Notes: generated from the letters alone by a model not told the origin. Shown: positions 1-14,800, numbered from the stretch's first letter. The stretch: DNA of 64,000 nucleotides from Eledone cirrhosa (GCA_964016885.1 OZ024745.1:56854001-56918000), one strand, 5' to 3'. Made by a program: numbers and translations.

Positions 1-1831
1 GTATCATGCAAATTATCAGATACATACAACATCTTTCTAGCTCACTACTACACGATGCCTTGGTTCTACTGCCTGGTCTAGGACACAGAGAAACTGATCC
101 AACTAAAATTCCGTCCGTTCATTGCCAACACTAGCTTTCTCTCCGGAAATGTAATAGTTATAACATGGTCACTCACACCAGTAACAGCATATATCAGCAT
201 GACTCGAAAATAGCTGAAGCGCATATTAACCCCTTCACAATAATTTGGTAAAATACATCAAAATTGCATTCAGCTTAGAAGTACGATGCATGTACACCAG
301 TATTCAATCAGAAACTTTTTTAAATGATTCATGTATATATTTGTAGCTAGATTTAGATTATTCTATCAAGGCAGGATTGGTAGCCAGAACCCATTTATGC
401 TAGTATTTGATGAGTTCAGTTCCTTCCTGTTATTTCGGGGGTCGTTTCAAACTTTTCATTTATTCATGATAAAAATACGACCACTGTTACGTTGAATTTT
501 CGTGGATTCTAAATATAAATATAAATTAAAAGACAATCTGGAGAAACGAATAAATAAAACAATAAACGATAGAATATTATATAGCTACCACACCTGACAA
601 ATCAGAATAAAAAATGTGTTCGTGCTTTTACTATCTTGATATATAGCGAATACATGTAAAACGTAAATATAAGAGACATTGCGTATATGAGAGACTGAGG
701 GAAAGAAAATATTACAGGAAATTCATTTTACAGAGAGAAACGGGATAGGTAAGAATATCTATACAGAATGCTAGCTGGAAATTACACAGCCTTGCATATA
801 TACACAGGCACACACATAAACAGAAATGAGTTTTCGTGTATGCACATCTTAACACATATATTGCTTGTTATAATAATGAAGTCAATTCAAACGTTAAGTG
901 TACTTAGCGAAATCTCAACATCTGGTTGTATTTTGAACAGCCCTCAACGTAAACTTTTTTTTCATTCTTTGTGAAATTATGTTTAAAACAAGAATAAATA
1001 ACTGACAATTTTTTAAAAAATTACTCCTGGCTATTAACCGGAAAGCGTTATGCAAACAGATGAAGCAACAAGTGCTAATGATAATACGAACAAATAATAA
1101 ACTATGCCACAGTTTTATTTTTTATGTTAATTGTATTCATAATATATTCTGCACGGTTAGGAAGTAGTCTCAATGTTGTCGTTTCTTCTCGACAATGGTT
1201 TTGGAATAACATATAGTATTCTATTTGAAAGTAGCAACTGTCGTAGCAGAATTATAAAAGTTCGCTGAAATACTTTGCTATATCTTGTTAAATTATTGTC
1301 GTGGTAGGCTCGTGTGAATATAATATTTACTTTGATATATTAACCCTACTATAACCTACTATAGGAAATTACTTTAAACAATAGCTGTTGTTATTTACAA
1401 TCCTGCAAGAAAATGGCCTATAGAAAAAAGGTCAAAAACCGTTTCGCCTCTCAGTGACTAATGTAGTAGGCATAAAAGTGTGAAAATATTATCTTTACTA
1501 CGTTCATTGCCAGAATATAAGTGATATGAAGCCAACATTTCTCCAAGTTATATCAAAGAAGGTATTTGAACAAAACAATGTAAATTAGTGTATCACTCGC
1601 CTATTGTATGTGGGTTTGTCAGCAAACAAATATTAGGTCTAACGCATGATATAAAACTGAAAAATCAACCGCTTCCTAGATGGATCTCTACATTTGTGCA
1701 TGCGAACATCGGAAGATCAATAATTTTAGATGACTGACCGACAATTTATTATAATATTAAGCTGTGGTACATTATAATTGTATAGTTGAAATTTGAAAAC
1801 ATCACATTTATTTCTTCACAAACACAAACCT

Positions 1832-1858
1832 CCCCCCCCCCCCCCCCCCCCCCACACA

Positions 1859-1934
<76 letters not shown>
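1832..1934. repeat. poly-C tract followed by (CA)n microsatellite
   Basis: Directly visible C-run then (CA)n. Confidence 0.95.
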
Positions 1935-1937
<3 letters not shown>

Positions 1938-3656
1938 GCGCGAACGCACACAGAAACTGTCTCATTCACTCTTTCTTCCTTTGCACTATCGTATTGTATA
2001 CCATGAACATAACATCATACTCTGCAATATGCTTCAATAGTCTGCAAGAACTTAAAAACAGGAACTCGATTATATTTTGTTATGATAGTACCAAATAGAG
2101 TGGTAGTGTTTAAAAAGTGAAATGCATACTTTCTTATAAGTGGGTTGGATGGGGATTAGATTAATATTTTAAACAATTACATTCTTTGTAGTAGTTTCTC
2201 TTTATCAAGCCATTACATATATTTATATATTCCTTAGCTGTATGTAATTGCTGGTTGCTTCTAAATAAATTAGTCGGTCACATTTGTAATTACAAGATAT
2301 ATAGAATTAAGCTATACCCTTTTATTTCTTCAACTGCATGGTTTTAGTTATTTATTTTTCTAAAAATATCCGAATTCAGTTTTATGTTTGTTTAATCTTT
2401 CTGTGTCAGATTAGCAGGTCAGTAAATGTGGTTGTAGATATAGCATTTAAACACAAATGCAATTTGTTTCCCCTTAATGTTAAATACCATGATATAATAG
2501 GACAGAAACTAGACGATTTTGACCTAGTAACCTATTGGAAGCAAAGAGGCAAATGAAAGTTGGTTGAAAGCCGCAATTGATTCTTACATAACATCCTTTA
2601 ACACAAATATAGTTTAAGAACGTATTTATATACCCCTTGTTCAGTGCTACTAAACCATCATAGAATTGTCAGATATTGCACAGTGCAAAGTTATGCACAA
2701 ACAACCTATGAATTTTTGTTTGGATTTATTTCCGTTTAATAAAATGTTTTTTCTATCCCATTAAAAAAAAATTATACACATCTACCAATAGATGCATATG
2801 TATACAGGTATTTTATATATATTGTCCTTGAAAATAGTGAATTCCAAACAATTTAATTTCGTGGATTTATTCCATAAATTAATTTCTTAAACGTTTCGAC
2901 CTGCTTAGCTAATGTTGTCGTTTAAATTAGTTTAAGCAAGCATTTGATTTAATTGTGTATGGTCATTTTCTTTTAAACTATTTTTCATACTTTCTTTTTA
3001 TATAATCAGCTAATTTTACGTACGAAGTCAACTTTGCCTTTCATACAATGAAGGTCGATAAAAAAAAGTAATATTCTATTACGGAGCTCCGTTATTCTTC
3101 AATATCTCTTTCTCTGGAGGAAATATGCTGTATTCCGACCTGGAGAGGAGATGAGATCAGTTAGATTTTTAAAAAGTACGTTAGCAATGCCTCATGTCAA
3201 TGCGGCGCCCCTATGACTCCCTCAATAGTTACGGAATATCGAATATAAATATTGGTCAGCTATCAACTGTAATTAAAGTCGAGTACGTGAAGTCTAACAA
3301 CCAGCGACTTTTAGACACACCGGGCTAATGAAACAATTGTTAATACTTTAAATAAACCCTATTGTACATCCGACCAATTTATTCATTCTTTTAAGGGATA
3401 CTTTTCTTCTGTTGTTTACGTCCCTATTACCTTTTTACACTTCGTTTTCAGTAAACACACAGCCTGCCTCTTTACTTATCCCCCCCCCCTCTCTCTCTCT
3501 CTGTATATATATATATATATATATATCTGCGTGTCTGGGCACATTGATATATTTGTCAACGAAACTATATATATGTATATATATATATATATTGTGATGT
3601 ATATATTGTGATATATATATTTAAATTTACAAATATAATTTGACGTCGTTACCTTT

Positions 3657-3802
3657 TTGACGCATAGAGTTACGGCCCTTGCCATTCTGAGTCAAATCCC
3701 GCCGAGGTTAACTTTACCTTTCATCCTTACGGGGTCGATAAAATAAAGTACCAGTAATACACTGGGGATTTGCTGGCCCTGTGCCTAACGTAGAAACAGT
3801 TA
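3657..3802 (+). mobile_element. tRNA-derived Meta-domain SINE, 5'-truncated
   Basis: B-box-like GAGTCAAATCC, central CCTTTCATCCTTACGGGGTCGATAAAATAAAGTACCAG, tail GGCCCTGTGCCTAACGTAGAAAC; matches about 10 other copies in the window. Confidence 0.85.
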
Positions 3803-4935
3803 CCTTACGGAGTTTCTCCTTTTTAGTTGTCCTATCTGTTTGAAATTGAATTGATTTTCTTATTTTGATTTACACCCTGATTAGAAAATATGATTTCTAT
3901 TGTTCTTTCCATATATATTCGATGAGATTGTTATAACTGGATGCACTTGTTACGTAATTTATTAATGATGATATAATAATGTTATATAATAATTAAAAAA
4001 GAAAAAATCACAATGAGCAGCGTCTCCTTCTCATGTGTTGATTAGTATTTCAAATTTAGGTGTTATCATCTGCCGATTATTTTAATTTTATCAATTTTAA
4101 TTACCGGACGACTACCTTCGCAAATTAGTGTCTATCCTAAATCGAACACAAACACAACAATATAGGCCTTATACACACGTGATCATACAACGCAGCCTAA
4201 AGATTGTTTGACGCATATCTAATCATAATAACACCCTCAGCCTATTATATGCTTGCTCACTTATTTCAGCTTTGATTGAAATATATTAAGATAACATATA
4301 ATTTAGTGGTCGTTTTAATACCAGTGAATCACTCAATCTATTTTTCGTAAGCTTCTGACTCAACTTCGTGGTTATTACAGTGAGTTGATTGCCGATTTAT
4401 CGTTGTTGTGTTAAAATTAGCCGAGTTGGTTTAAAAGTGGAATTGCAATCAGAAAATATACAGAGTGTATTTTCATTAAGAAAACAACCGATATGAAGCA
4501 ATCATGAAATTATTAATCTTAAAATTTAATCAAATTCAATACATGGAAATGTTTTTGTTTTTTTCTTTTAGCAACCAGGAATAGCATACTTGGGATAAAT
4601 AAATGTGTGTATTATATATAAAACGACTGCATGATCAACGAAATCTGCACATTTGTAAGCTAGTCAAACTAGCAGATAAAGGTGCAGCTAACGGAGAATT
4701 TGATCCGTTTAGAATGTTAAGATGTAATCCTGAAAATAGCCGGTGCATATTACATCTAAGACAGCAGGAAATAGCTTATGATTTCTTGCTTCGCAGCAAG
4801 ACATATTACACCAGATCAGTTATAAAGAACCTATAATAATAAATTGTATTAATCGATATTCATGTGTGTAGGCATGCATATTTGTAAGATGTATGTATAT
4901 ATGTATGTATACATGCATATATAAATAAGTATATA

Positions 4936-5094
4936 CATGGACACACTGGAAGAGGAAGACCAAGGTTAACGTATGTTGATGCCCTAAGGACAGACACTGG
5001 TCTGTTGGAGAAGCAGAACATGGCAGCGATAATGAGGGACAGAGACCGCTGGAGAGAACTCGTTCATGGGTCTCGGGAATTTTACCCGCCCTAG
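4936..5094 (+). mobile_element. 3'-terminal fragment of RTE-clade LINE
   Basis: Translates [22 protein letters not shown]...[11 protein letters not shown]..stop, typical of the RTE ORF C-terminus (RGRP...DR..WR); second copy at 58043. Confidence 0.75.
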
Positions 5095-5964
5095 ATATAT
5101 ATTTACATACATACACACATACATATATACAAACACACACATATATATATGCATTATGAGTTAAATGTTTTGAGCTTAACTTATTAAGTTCATATAGTTG
5201 TGTAGTTATAATTCGAAGAAAAGTTTGGTCGATTATTTTATAACTCTTTTAGTTTAAAACATAATACTATACCTCAAAATTTGATTTTATTCTGCTTAAA
5301 CAAAGAAGTAAAACGGTTAGCTCTGCTCATCAAAATGCCTGTTACAGAATTAAATTTCCCATAATAACTCAACATTCTGAAATTAGTTGCGTTTGCCAAA
5401 TTTCTCCAGAAGTTAGATAATTCATACATACTTGAGCTTGATTGTTTAAATTGCAAAGTGTTTCTTTTATTGTAATTTTCTTTTTTTTTTTTTTGTATTT
5501 TTTTAAACTTTTTTTTTATGTTTATCTCCTTCTGAAATAGCTTACTTACAAGTAAATGACCAATGTACATTGCTTAACACACCAATTGTCTACCTAATTC
5601 TCTTGCTTGCTCATGCCTTCGTTCTACTTTTATTCTTCCCTTCCTCCAAGCATTACCTAAATTCCACGTTATATTTTGAGCTCTAGAAAAAAAAAAAAAA
5701 AACATTATATCTCAAAATAATCTACACTTATACTTCTGGTTTTCTTGCGTCTGCAGTCAGTGGTCGTGTTTCTTTTTAACCTTTGTACCATGCTTATACA
5801 TATATGAGAACATTTTTGTTTATATTAGCAGGAAATATTTCTGACTTTATAAGAGTGATAAACAGGTGAAACGACAGAATAACAAGTCACGCTATTTAGC
5901 CTAAATAAAATGAATATTAAAACTCTACTTAGTTATTGGGTAATGTGTTCTCTCAACCATCAAG

Positions 5965-6002
<38 letters not shown>

Positions 6003-6005
<3 letters not shown>

Positions 6006-6240
6006 CGTTTCTGAATTTGTTTAGAAAGATTCTTTATCTGAAATCGTGTGTTGAAACCGATATTGTTATACTTTCGGAAGGTCATGTTGCCAATAAGAAA
6101 CACACCCACCAGTTGCTTTCACTTCAATTTATTATATATTTATAAATTTGTAAATTTATAAATATATAATAAATTGAAGTGAAAGCAACTGGTGCGTGTG
6201 TTTCTTATTGGCAACATGACCCTCCCAAAGTATAACAATA
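6003..6240. mobile_element. PLE family A terminal fold-back hairpin in (TA)n
   Basis: Arms 6061-6149 and 6152-6240 are reverse complements (about 3 mismatches); 6003-6060 is an unpaired tail; same sequence as the end of the GIY-YIG element at 27703-28780. Confidence 0.9.
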
Positions 6241-8037
6241 TATATATATATATATATATATAAGTGCGTGTGTGTGTGTGCGTGTCGGTGTGTGTGTGTA
6301 AATTGTAGAAAAACAAGGTTTTACATTAAATCTTTCTTTAACCTCAACAATCGTTTCTTTCCAGGTGAGAAGCTTGTATATATATATTTATATATATATA
6401 TATATAAACAATGAAACAATCAGTTATACTTAATTAATAATTATTGACATATTACATAAACACATCAGCCGACATCAGGAATATTTAGAAGGAGAACATT
6501 TAGCACAACACCTAACATGCAAATTACCAAATAATGAATATAGGTAAGCAAAGAAAAGAAAGCAGACAAAGTGGATGCAAGGAAATAGTGGCAATTACAG
6601 TGAAGTAGTATTTAGTAGCCTTTGGAGGCACAAGGCCGGAGAGTTTTGTCCTGTGAGCGTTGGATAAACAATAGTACTATGGTAATATCTAACATATTGA
6701 GAGAGAGAGAAAAACAGCTAATTTAAAACCTATAACAGTAATTAAGTATTTGTATTAAGTAATTAAGTGTTTGTATTAATAGATGTGCAATAGTTAAGTT
6801 CATTATTATTATTATCAAATATGTTACTCACTCAGATATAACAGAAAATCAGGAGCATAGACTTAACCATGCATGATTATCTATGAGCGTGCGCAATTAC
6901 TATGTTTAGCAGTAAATTCAAAACATAAAAAGGTGATATGCATTCCGGGAGGTGTCTATAGGCGTAATGCAATTTGTGTAATATGTTGCCCGGTGTTACA
7001 GCGTAACTAAGTATATTTACGTTACTTAATCACGTTCCTTAAAAATCACCGGGTTATTGGCTGGTAATTTGAATTACATATGCAAATTTGTATTCACATA
7101 TAAAAATATATATAATAAAATATATACGCCCGCATATATAATTACACTTATGACTATGGGGTATACAGTGTAGGTGGTATAAGACAAAAATCCTCCCATC
7201 ATAATATCCAGCCGTAATTGATTATTGCATTTATGTATTAATGTATTTAAGTACGAGGAAGTCAAAGTTACACCTAAAGGACTAATAAACAACAATTATA
7301 TGTTGTGTAAGTTAGGAAGAAATAGGTAAGTTGTTTTTAAAAGTATTGATAACTAGCAGCTCATTCATCACACTCGTAATATGTTTCCTATAGTAAGTTA
7401 ATCTAGTTATTATTTGGTTGAGTTTCACCTATTAGGTGTTAAGTTAAATCATTATAAATATGCATATAGGCACATACACATACACACACACGGACAGATA
7501 TATATATATATCCTTATATAAAAACACATATTATATAGTGGGTGCAATGATAAGTAATCGTAGATGAAACATGATAAAAAGAGTGGCTGGGTTACGATGA
7601 TAGGCCTTAAAAGGCTTTAGTGATATAGTATTGTCAAGAAAAGTAGTTTAGTGTATTTAAGACTCGGTGAAGGAGAACAGCTTAAAGTTAACATGGTCTG
7701 CCAATTATGTTAATAATTACTATATTGAAATAAATGGGTCAAAGTCGCTTTAAGATGCGGAATGATTTTAAATTAAAACTGTGAAGTACTTATGAATTAA
7801 AAATGCTGAGATATGTAGGTTGATATTTTCTATGGTAGGCAGAGTAGGAATTTTATGTAGGCAAGTGGGAAGGACCTCATATATTCTGTTTAAGATAAGC
7901 GCATTAGATTTAAAAATTAAGAAGCATTCTGTGGGGCACAGATTTCACATATGGATTCGTGGCTAGTATACATGGGCAGATTTAAGAATATTACAATTAA
8001 TAGATTATTCAATATTGCCTTTTCACACACACACACA

Positions 8038-8162
<125 letters not shown>

Positions 8163-10424
8163 GTGTGTGTGTGTAAGTGTATATATATACGTACATATAT
8201 ATATATGTATGTTTGTGTGTGTGCGCGCGTGTGTAAAAGGTAAAAAAGAAATGAAAAACAAGACGGCACAGTACATGGACGAAATATATTAGTTTAACGC
8301 CTGGATTACCAGGAACTGGGGTTTTAACGTTTCGGACACTAGTTTTTATTCAGCAGAGTTACAAATAGAAGATAAATATTAAGTAAAGAGTGATAAGAGG
8401 AAGGAACGGAGAAAAATAAGGAAACAAAGATGGGGAGTAAAAAACACAACATACGTGCGCATTCAGTCGGCCATCCTGGAGCGTTAGGGAGGTTCGGATT
8501 AGTGGCAATCAATGTATATGTGAATGTGAGTATGCATGCGTGCGGTGGTGTGTGCATCTGTGTTTGTGAGCGTGTTCGTGCGTTTCTGTGCGTGTGCGAA
8601 TGTGTGGATGCCTGAGTGAGCGTGCGTGCGTGAACTGACCGACATAAAGGAGTGTATAAGAATGTATATAAATTGCTATATATACGTACATAAACACATG
8701 CACAACAGCAGCCGAGAGACGGAGAGTGTGTAGAAAAGATGATGTAGCGAAAATGGAAGCAACCTGTATATATGATCATTCTACTCACAGGGCTGAAGAG
8801 TATGTTTGAATCATTGCAAATGAATCGAATATTATTACTGATAATCGAAAAACTCAGATTTACATTTCTTGTATTCAGCCATGGAGAGCGATGAAACTAT
8901 TTGTTATATATATATATATATATATATAAAACCCTCTCTCTTATTTATTATACTAAAACTCCATACGGAGAAAATCCTAAGGAACACAAATCGTGGAGTG
9001 CTTCTAGAATGTTTAAAAGAAAGTTAGCAGATGTTTGAACAACCACATTTCTTCAATGAAATAAAAACTATATATATATATATATATACACACGATCGGG
9101 ATGGTTGTTAGCGCATGGCTTACCATATCGTAAGGCAGTGCGTTTCATAATTGGATTGAGTTGCACTAGTTCTGTGAGGTTTCATTATTACATGTCATTT
9201 ATTTAAGAGGAGCTCTGGCGTTCGGCCAACACGTGCCATAATGCAAAATCGGGAGTAAAATGGATGAAATATAAATAGATAATGTTGTTTTGTGTATGTG
9301 TGTATGTGTGTATGCGTGTATGTGTATGTTTGTGTGAGTGTGCGTTTGTGCGAGTGTGTGTTTTTGTGTGATTTATATCTAAGTTTTTTTTAATTCAATA
9401 TCTCGACATTCAAGAATAGAACACGTCATATGTGCAAATATTTAACATGCATTTGTTTACCAATAGTCTTTTTTCTTTCCCTATTTTTACAATATTAAAT
9501 GTTTACGTTTTAAACTATTTCCTATATAAATGAACGGCAAGAATATTTTATTTTCTTCAATAGACAATATATTAGGCACATACGCATAAAATCAGCCAAA
9601 CTGCTTACGTGACACTAGAAATTTTCAATAACTTGTAACATCGCCTTACATAAAGGAAAAGATCTGTGTTAACATACAACGCAGATTTCACTATATGGTG
9701 GCTTGCTATTGAGAACTGGATCTTACATTAACACCTGGAGTCATGTAACTTTACTACAACCACTTATCCGCCTTCCGAACAATAGTCTTCGTTTTAACGA
9801 TTCTGTGTGTACTCTGTTCTCATTTAATGTTTCTTCTATTATTGTTTTTCATTTTAATTTCTATTATATGATATTTCAGAATCTGGAAAACGTTATCTGA
9901 TCCTTTACATATATAGCTATAGAGAAACTTCCTAATATATCGGTAGCGGGCTGATGACGTTCGTCACCCTCATTACAGTAATTGGTGTAGTTTTGCTTCT
10001 GATATATGGAAAGAATTTTGGATATAGTTCTGAAAGTGTGTCTAGTGGGTTGCGTAACTAAATGCTGAAGTTGAGTTTAGGTTTACAGATAATATTTGCT
10101 ATATTTTGTAGATAGCTTTAGTTTTGAATTGTTTCCTTTGCGTTACTGTTTGTATATTTGACATTGGCTGAGAGAAATGTGTATTTAGATAGACATATAG
10201 ATATGTGGCAAGACGGATAAATAAACATGTAATGTTTCTTAAAAACAGAACATTGTTCTCTGTGCAGTTATCTATGTTTATCGCCACTGCGAATTTTTAT
10301 AAAGAACGTTTTGTTTTGGATGCTAAACCTGACGTTTATCTCATAATGATTACTTGAAAATAGAGTAATTTCTTATTAATTCATTTTTTTCTGATTTCTG
10401 TCTCTTTAGGATATCTCGTTCGTC

Positions 10425-10428
10425 TACA

Positions 10429-10475
<47 letters not shown>

Positions 10476-10494
10476 CACCACCACCACCACCACA

Positions 10495-10593
<99 letters not shown>

Positions 10594-10600
10594 GCTGCTA
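10425..10600. repeat. (CTA)n/(CCA)n trinucleotide microsatellite
   Basis: Directly visible. Confidence 0.95.
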
Positions 10601-10855
10601 TTTTTTTTTTTCATTCTTCTTTTATTATTTGACGCACACGTGTGAAGACAGTACACATCTGCGGGGGAAAAGGTTCGTAACTTTAAGCTGTTTTTAAAGT
10701 GTCATTTTTTTGTATTTTCTTGTCGTTAACGAAACATATGGTACACATCTTGGTTTCAAGAGAGGGATACCTCTAAATATTCGGGCTTTAAGCCTGAATA
10801 TTCAGATTTAATTTTAAAAACTTCGAAAAAAATCGCTTCCCCACCAAAAAAAAAC

Positions 10856-11800
10856 ATGGATATTTTCGACCTTGAAACGGTAAACAACGTTCAGGTCAAA
10901 AGTTTAAAAGCAGCCACTGTAGATTTCACCACGACTACGACGGCTACAGTCATGCCTGTCGTCCACTCTACTGAATGTGAAGGCAAAACTCAAAAGCTAC
11001 CATCACAACCTTCTGTGTTAGCAACAGTATCATTTGAAAACGACATCACCACCACCACCGCCGCCACCGCCACAACAACAACAACAACTCAGAGCAATAA
11101 CGACAATAACACCGACAGCTTCAATGTAAACACAGATGGCGGTGGTAACAGCAACAACAAACAAAACAACAACAAAAAACACCAATAACAATAGCAAGAA
11201 TGACAACACCAACAGCAAGAGCATCAGAAGCACCACATTTGCTGCAGCAGCAGCAAAAACAGAGCGCTTATTGGATTTTCATATTAGCGATAAAGACGAA
11301 CAGTTGGCCCAGGCGTGGAGGCTAATTAAACAGGAGAAGTCCTGGGTTAACCTGACCATCCAGGACGGGGCAATATCGGCCATACAAAGGAGGGCGGTGT
11401 ACTTTCGATGTATTTCGGTGCAGACACGAAAAGTGGAACTTGCCAGCCAAGCAGAGGTCGAGGCTGCTTTGGAGTACATCGGAAGTAACATAGAGTATAA
11501 AGCGAGAGGCAAACAGTTCGGTACCATCTCGGTACTGTTCAAAACCGAGGCCCTCGCTATTAAGCACTCGGTGACCCCCTGCAGAACGGAACGCATTATC
11601 ATGCATCCGTCCTACATGGGTAAAAGGGCAGTAAAGGTCCGCATTCCCTGCATCCCACCAGGAATGAACATATGGTGGCAGCTGGGATGAGTAATCGAGG
11701 AAGGAACAGACACTACCCTCCTGGATATCAAATGGATATGCGGAATGGATTTGGAGATTATTCTACAAATGAAACCGGAGGACATGAACAACATCCTGGA
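10856..11800 (+). pseudogene. LINE ORF1-like region, frameshifted (low-complexity T/N N-terminus, RRM-like middle)
   Basis: ORFs 10856-11188 and 11136-11690 (..PSYMGKRAVKVRIPCIPPG..) lie upstream of the APE domain; the C-terminus is missing. Confidence 0.65.
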
Positions 11801-11802
11801 TT

Positions 11803-14800
11803 TTGCCCGTCTACGAACCTACAGGCGCCGGACGACCGGACTTCTTTAGGCGCCTGGAGACCTTTCTGGGTACGTCTCGCCCTTTAATGTTAGCGGGGGA
11901 CTGGAATGGCATCTTAGACGCACGCTGGGATTGTGTGGGAGTAGCCGATAGGAGCGGGGGGTGCAAAAGCTTCAAGCACCTAGTCAGCCAGTTCCAATTG
12001 TCTGACATGTATCGACTAGATTTCCCAAATTTGCCAGTATGGACATGGACCAAACGAATGGGGTCATCTAGATCGTATATAGACAGGATCTTCATTAGGA
12101 AAATAGATAGAATAGTGTAGGCTGCCCACTTTTTAAAACGGTTGCCTATTCCGATCACAAATTTGTAATCTGTACGGTCGACCTAGATAAAACGCATAAA
12201 TTAGGATCGGGTTACTGGAAGCTGAACATGTGATTTCCGACACGTAAGGCTTACAGGGACCGAGTCAACAATTTAGTTAAGCAAAAGTTGACGGGGGGGG
12301 GGGGATTATAAAAAACAGCTGGTGGTGGTGTGGGGGGGGGGGGCTCTCAAAAGAAAGATTAGAGTAACTTCGATAGAATTCAGCAAAGAACTAGCGTTAG
12401 AGCAAAAATAGAAAGGAGGGGGAGCTGGTAGATAAGTTAGACGAGGCTATTTGTAGTGGCATTGCAACTGACGTGCTAGCGGCGAGAATGGCATTAGAAC
12501 ATTTCATCAATGCAAAACACGAAGGTTGCATTGTCAGAGTTAAGGCGCGTGCGCTGAGAAACGAGGGAACCAAAGCTGTTCGATGGGCCCGCGTGGGGGA
12601 GGCGCAGTGTGGTAATAAAACCACAATTCGGTCTTTGGCGAACCGAGATGGACACGAGATAAGCGATTCCAAGCGGATGTGTGAGGCTTTTCGCCAGCAC
12701 TTTGCTCGGTTGTTCGGGGAGAGAGGCGAGTCAGAGAGCGTAGCGGATTTCAGTCCCTACCTTGACGGCTTGCCGCGCATCTCGACGGTCGACGCCGAGC
12801 GCTGCGAAAGGCCTATTACTTCAGCCGAAATTCAGGACGCCTTTGCCGGCTGCATGAGGCGCAGGTCACCCGGTTTGGATGGCCTGCCCTACGAGCTTTA
12901 CATAAATATGCCAGGCTTGTTCTCCGATCTCCTCGAAGCACTCCACTGCAACTGGCAGCAGAATGGGTGTATTCCCAGTTCTGTGAGCAGGGGAGTGGTG
13001 ACGCTGATAAAGACGAGAACAAGAGGGATAGATTAGACTACTTCAGGCCCATAACTCTGCTCAACACAGAGTTTAAGATTTTGGCCAAGGTGATAGCAAA
13101 GAGATTGGCGCTTGTCGTCGAGGATTTGGTTGGGGCGGCGCAAACTTGCGCCATCACAGCCAGGTCCATACACGACAATCTCCACCTCATGCGATACATC
13201 ATAGAGAGGGTAGGGTGTAAACCTGGCTTTAGTGGGGCACTGATCAATTTAGATCAATCGAAAGCATTCGATAGGGTCGACCATCTGTATCTGGAGTTTG
13301 TCCTCAGAGCAGCTGGCTTCGGCTCTGTCTTCAGAAGCTGGATCGTTGCAATGCACAGAGACACACGCTCGGTGTTCAAGGTTAATGGCCACCTCTCGGA
13401 ACTATTTCGGCTCTCCCACTCGGTTCGTCAAGGGTGCGCTCTCTCTTCCCTTCTGTACGTATTGACTCAAGAACCTTTACTGCGGAAGCTGGAGCTGTTG
13501 CAGGGCATGCCGCTCGAACCGGGACGTGGAAGGGCGATGTCGGCTTATGCGGACGACATCACCGTCATGGTGTCGAACACCTCAGAGATCGAGGTGGTCG
13601 GCACCTTATTGAAGGAATATGAAAGGGTGACAGGAGCCAAACTTAACCCGGAAAAGTCGGTGGGCTTGCAGCTCCGAACCTGGAGAGGCAGGCCTATGTC
13701 GTCCAACAGCGTCGTGGGGCGCTGGACGGACCGGTAAAGTTGCTCAGGGTTTGATTCGGACCAGACCTCCAGGTAGAAAGTATTTGGGACGAGGTAACGA
13801 GCAGAGTAACCTGTCTCAACCAAAAATGGGCTGGGAGGAAGCTATCACTGAAAGGTCGCGTGGAGGTGGAAAATGCGTACATCGCATCCGTCATCTACTA
13901 CCGCCTGACCGACGTCCCTTGCCCCCGTCTGCGCCTCGTCAAGTTGGAACGGCTCCTCTTCAAATTCTTGTGGAGGGGACAAGTTCCGTTGGTGAGGCGG
14001 TCCATCTGCGGAGGGCTGGGCATGCCGTGGCTAATGATGCACAGATATGCGTTGAGGCTGCGACATCTCCAGATATTCTGCCACAACGGTGAACAGGTGT
14101 GGTCGCCGTTTATCAGCCGGGCCTTTCAGCAGCACTCACTTTCCGCAGCACTCACTTTCCTCTACCAAGCGGGCAATGCGATCAGTGGAACTTCCACTCT
14201 CGAGTTTTATAGAGGATTAGTGGTGGGGAAGTGCGATGATGCACTCGGAGAAGCTTTGGACCTCGACGAAGTCGAACTGACCAGTCTATACCGGAGGACT
14301 TTCGAGCCGGGGACGATGGACAATTTCCAGAAATCCCTCGCTTCGCAGTGTTACCAGGGGGGGGGGGGGGGGGGGGGCACTGCCGGCTCGGGATAAAATC
14401 TACAAGCACGGAAGTGCTGTCAGACGGACCTGCCCAAGATGCGCACAGAACCACGAAACCGTTCTGCACGCACTTGTCCAATGTCCGTGCATTACTGACT
14501 TGTGGAGTTATGTCGAACAGCTACTGTCGCGTGTGGTACGAATCCGGCTATCGGCCGAGTCCATAGTGAAGATCGACCCACCGCCTTCCTTAGGTCAGGA
14601 AGAGCAGGAAATTTTCCTCTGTCTGGTGGCAGTTGCGAAAGAGGTTATATGGTGGACCAGGTTAAAAGGACTAAAGACAGACCCTTTTCTCTTCGGCCAA
14701 TCCCTCATCAACTTCTTCAAGTTTCACCTGGAAAGGAAGGTGAGGGTGGAGAGAGAAGTGCTACCCCCAGTACATTTTCTAAAAGGTGGATGAATGTGGC

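Noticed and set aside
3180-3320. Possible mariner transposase remnant (HVNAAP and TSDF resemble HDNA and PSDF)
   Set aside because: Too degenerate, no TIRs or continuous frame.
9948-9970. CTGATGA next to a small hairpin
   Set aside because: No downstream GAAA or stem I; expected by chance.
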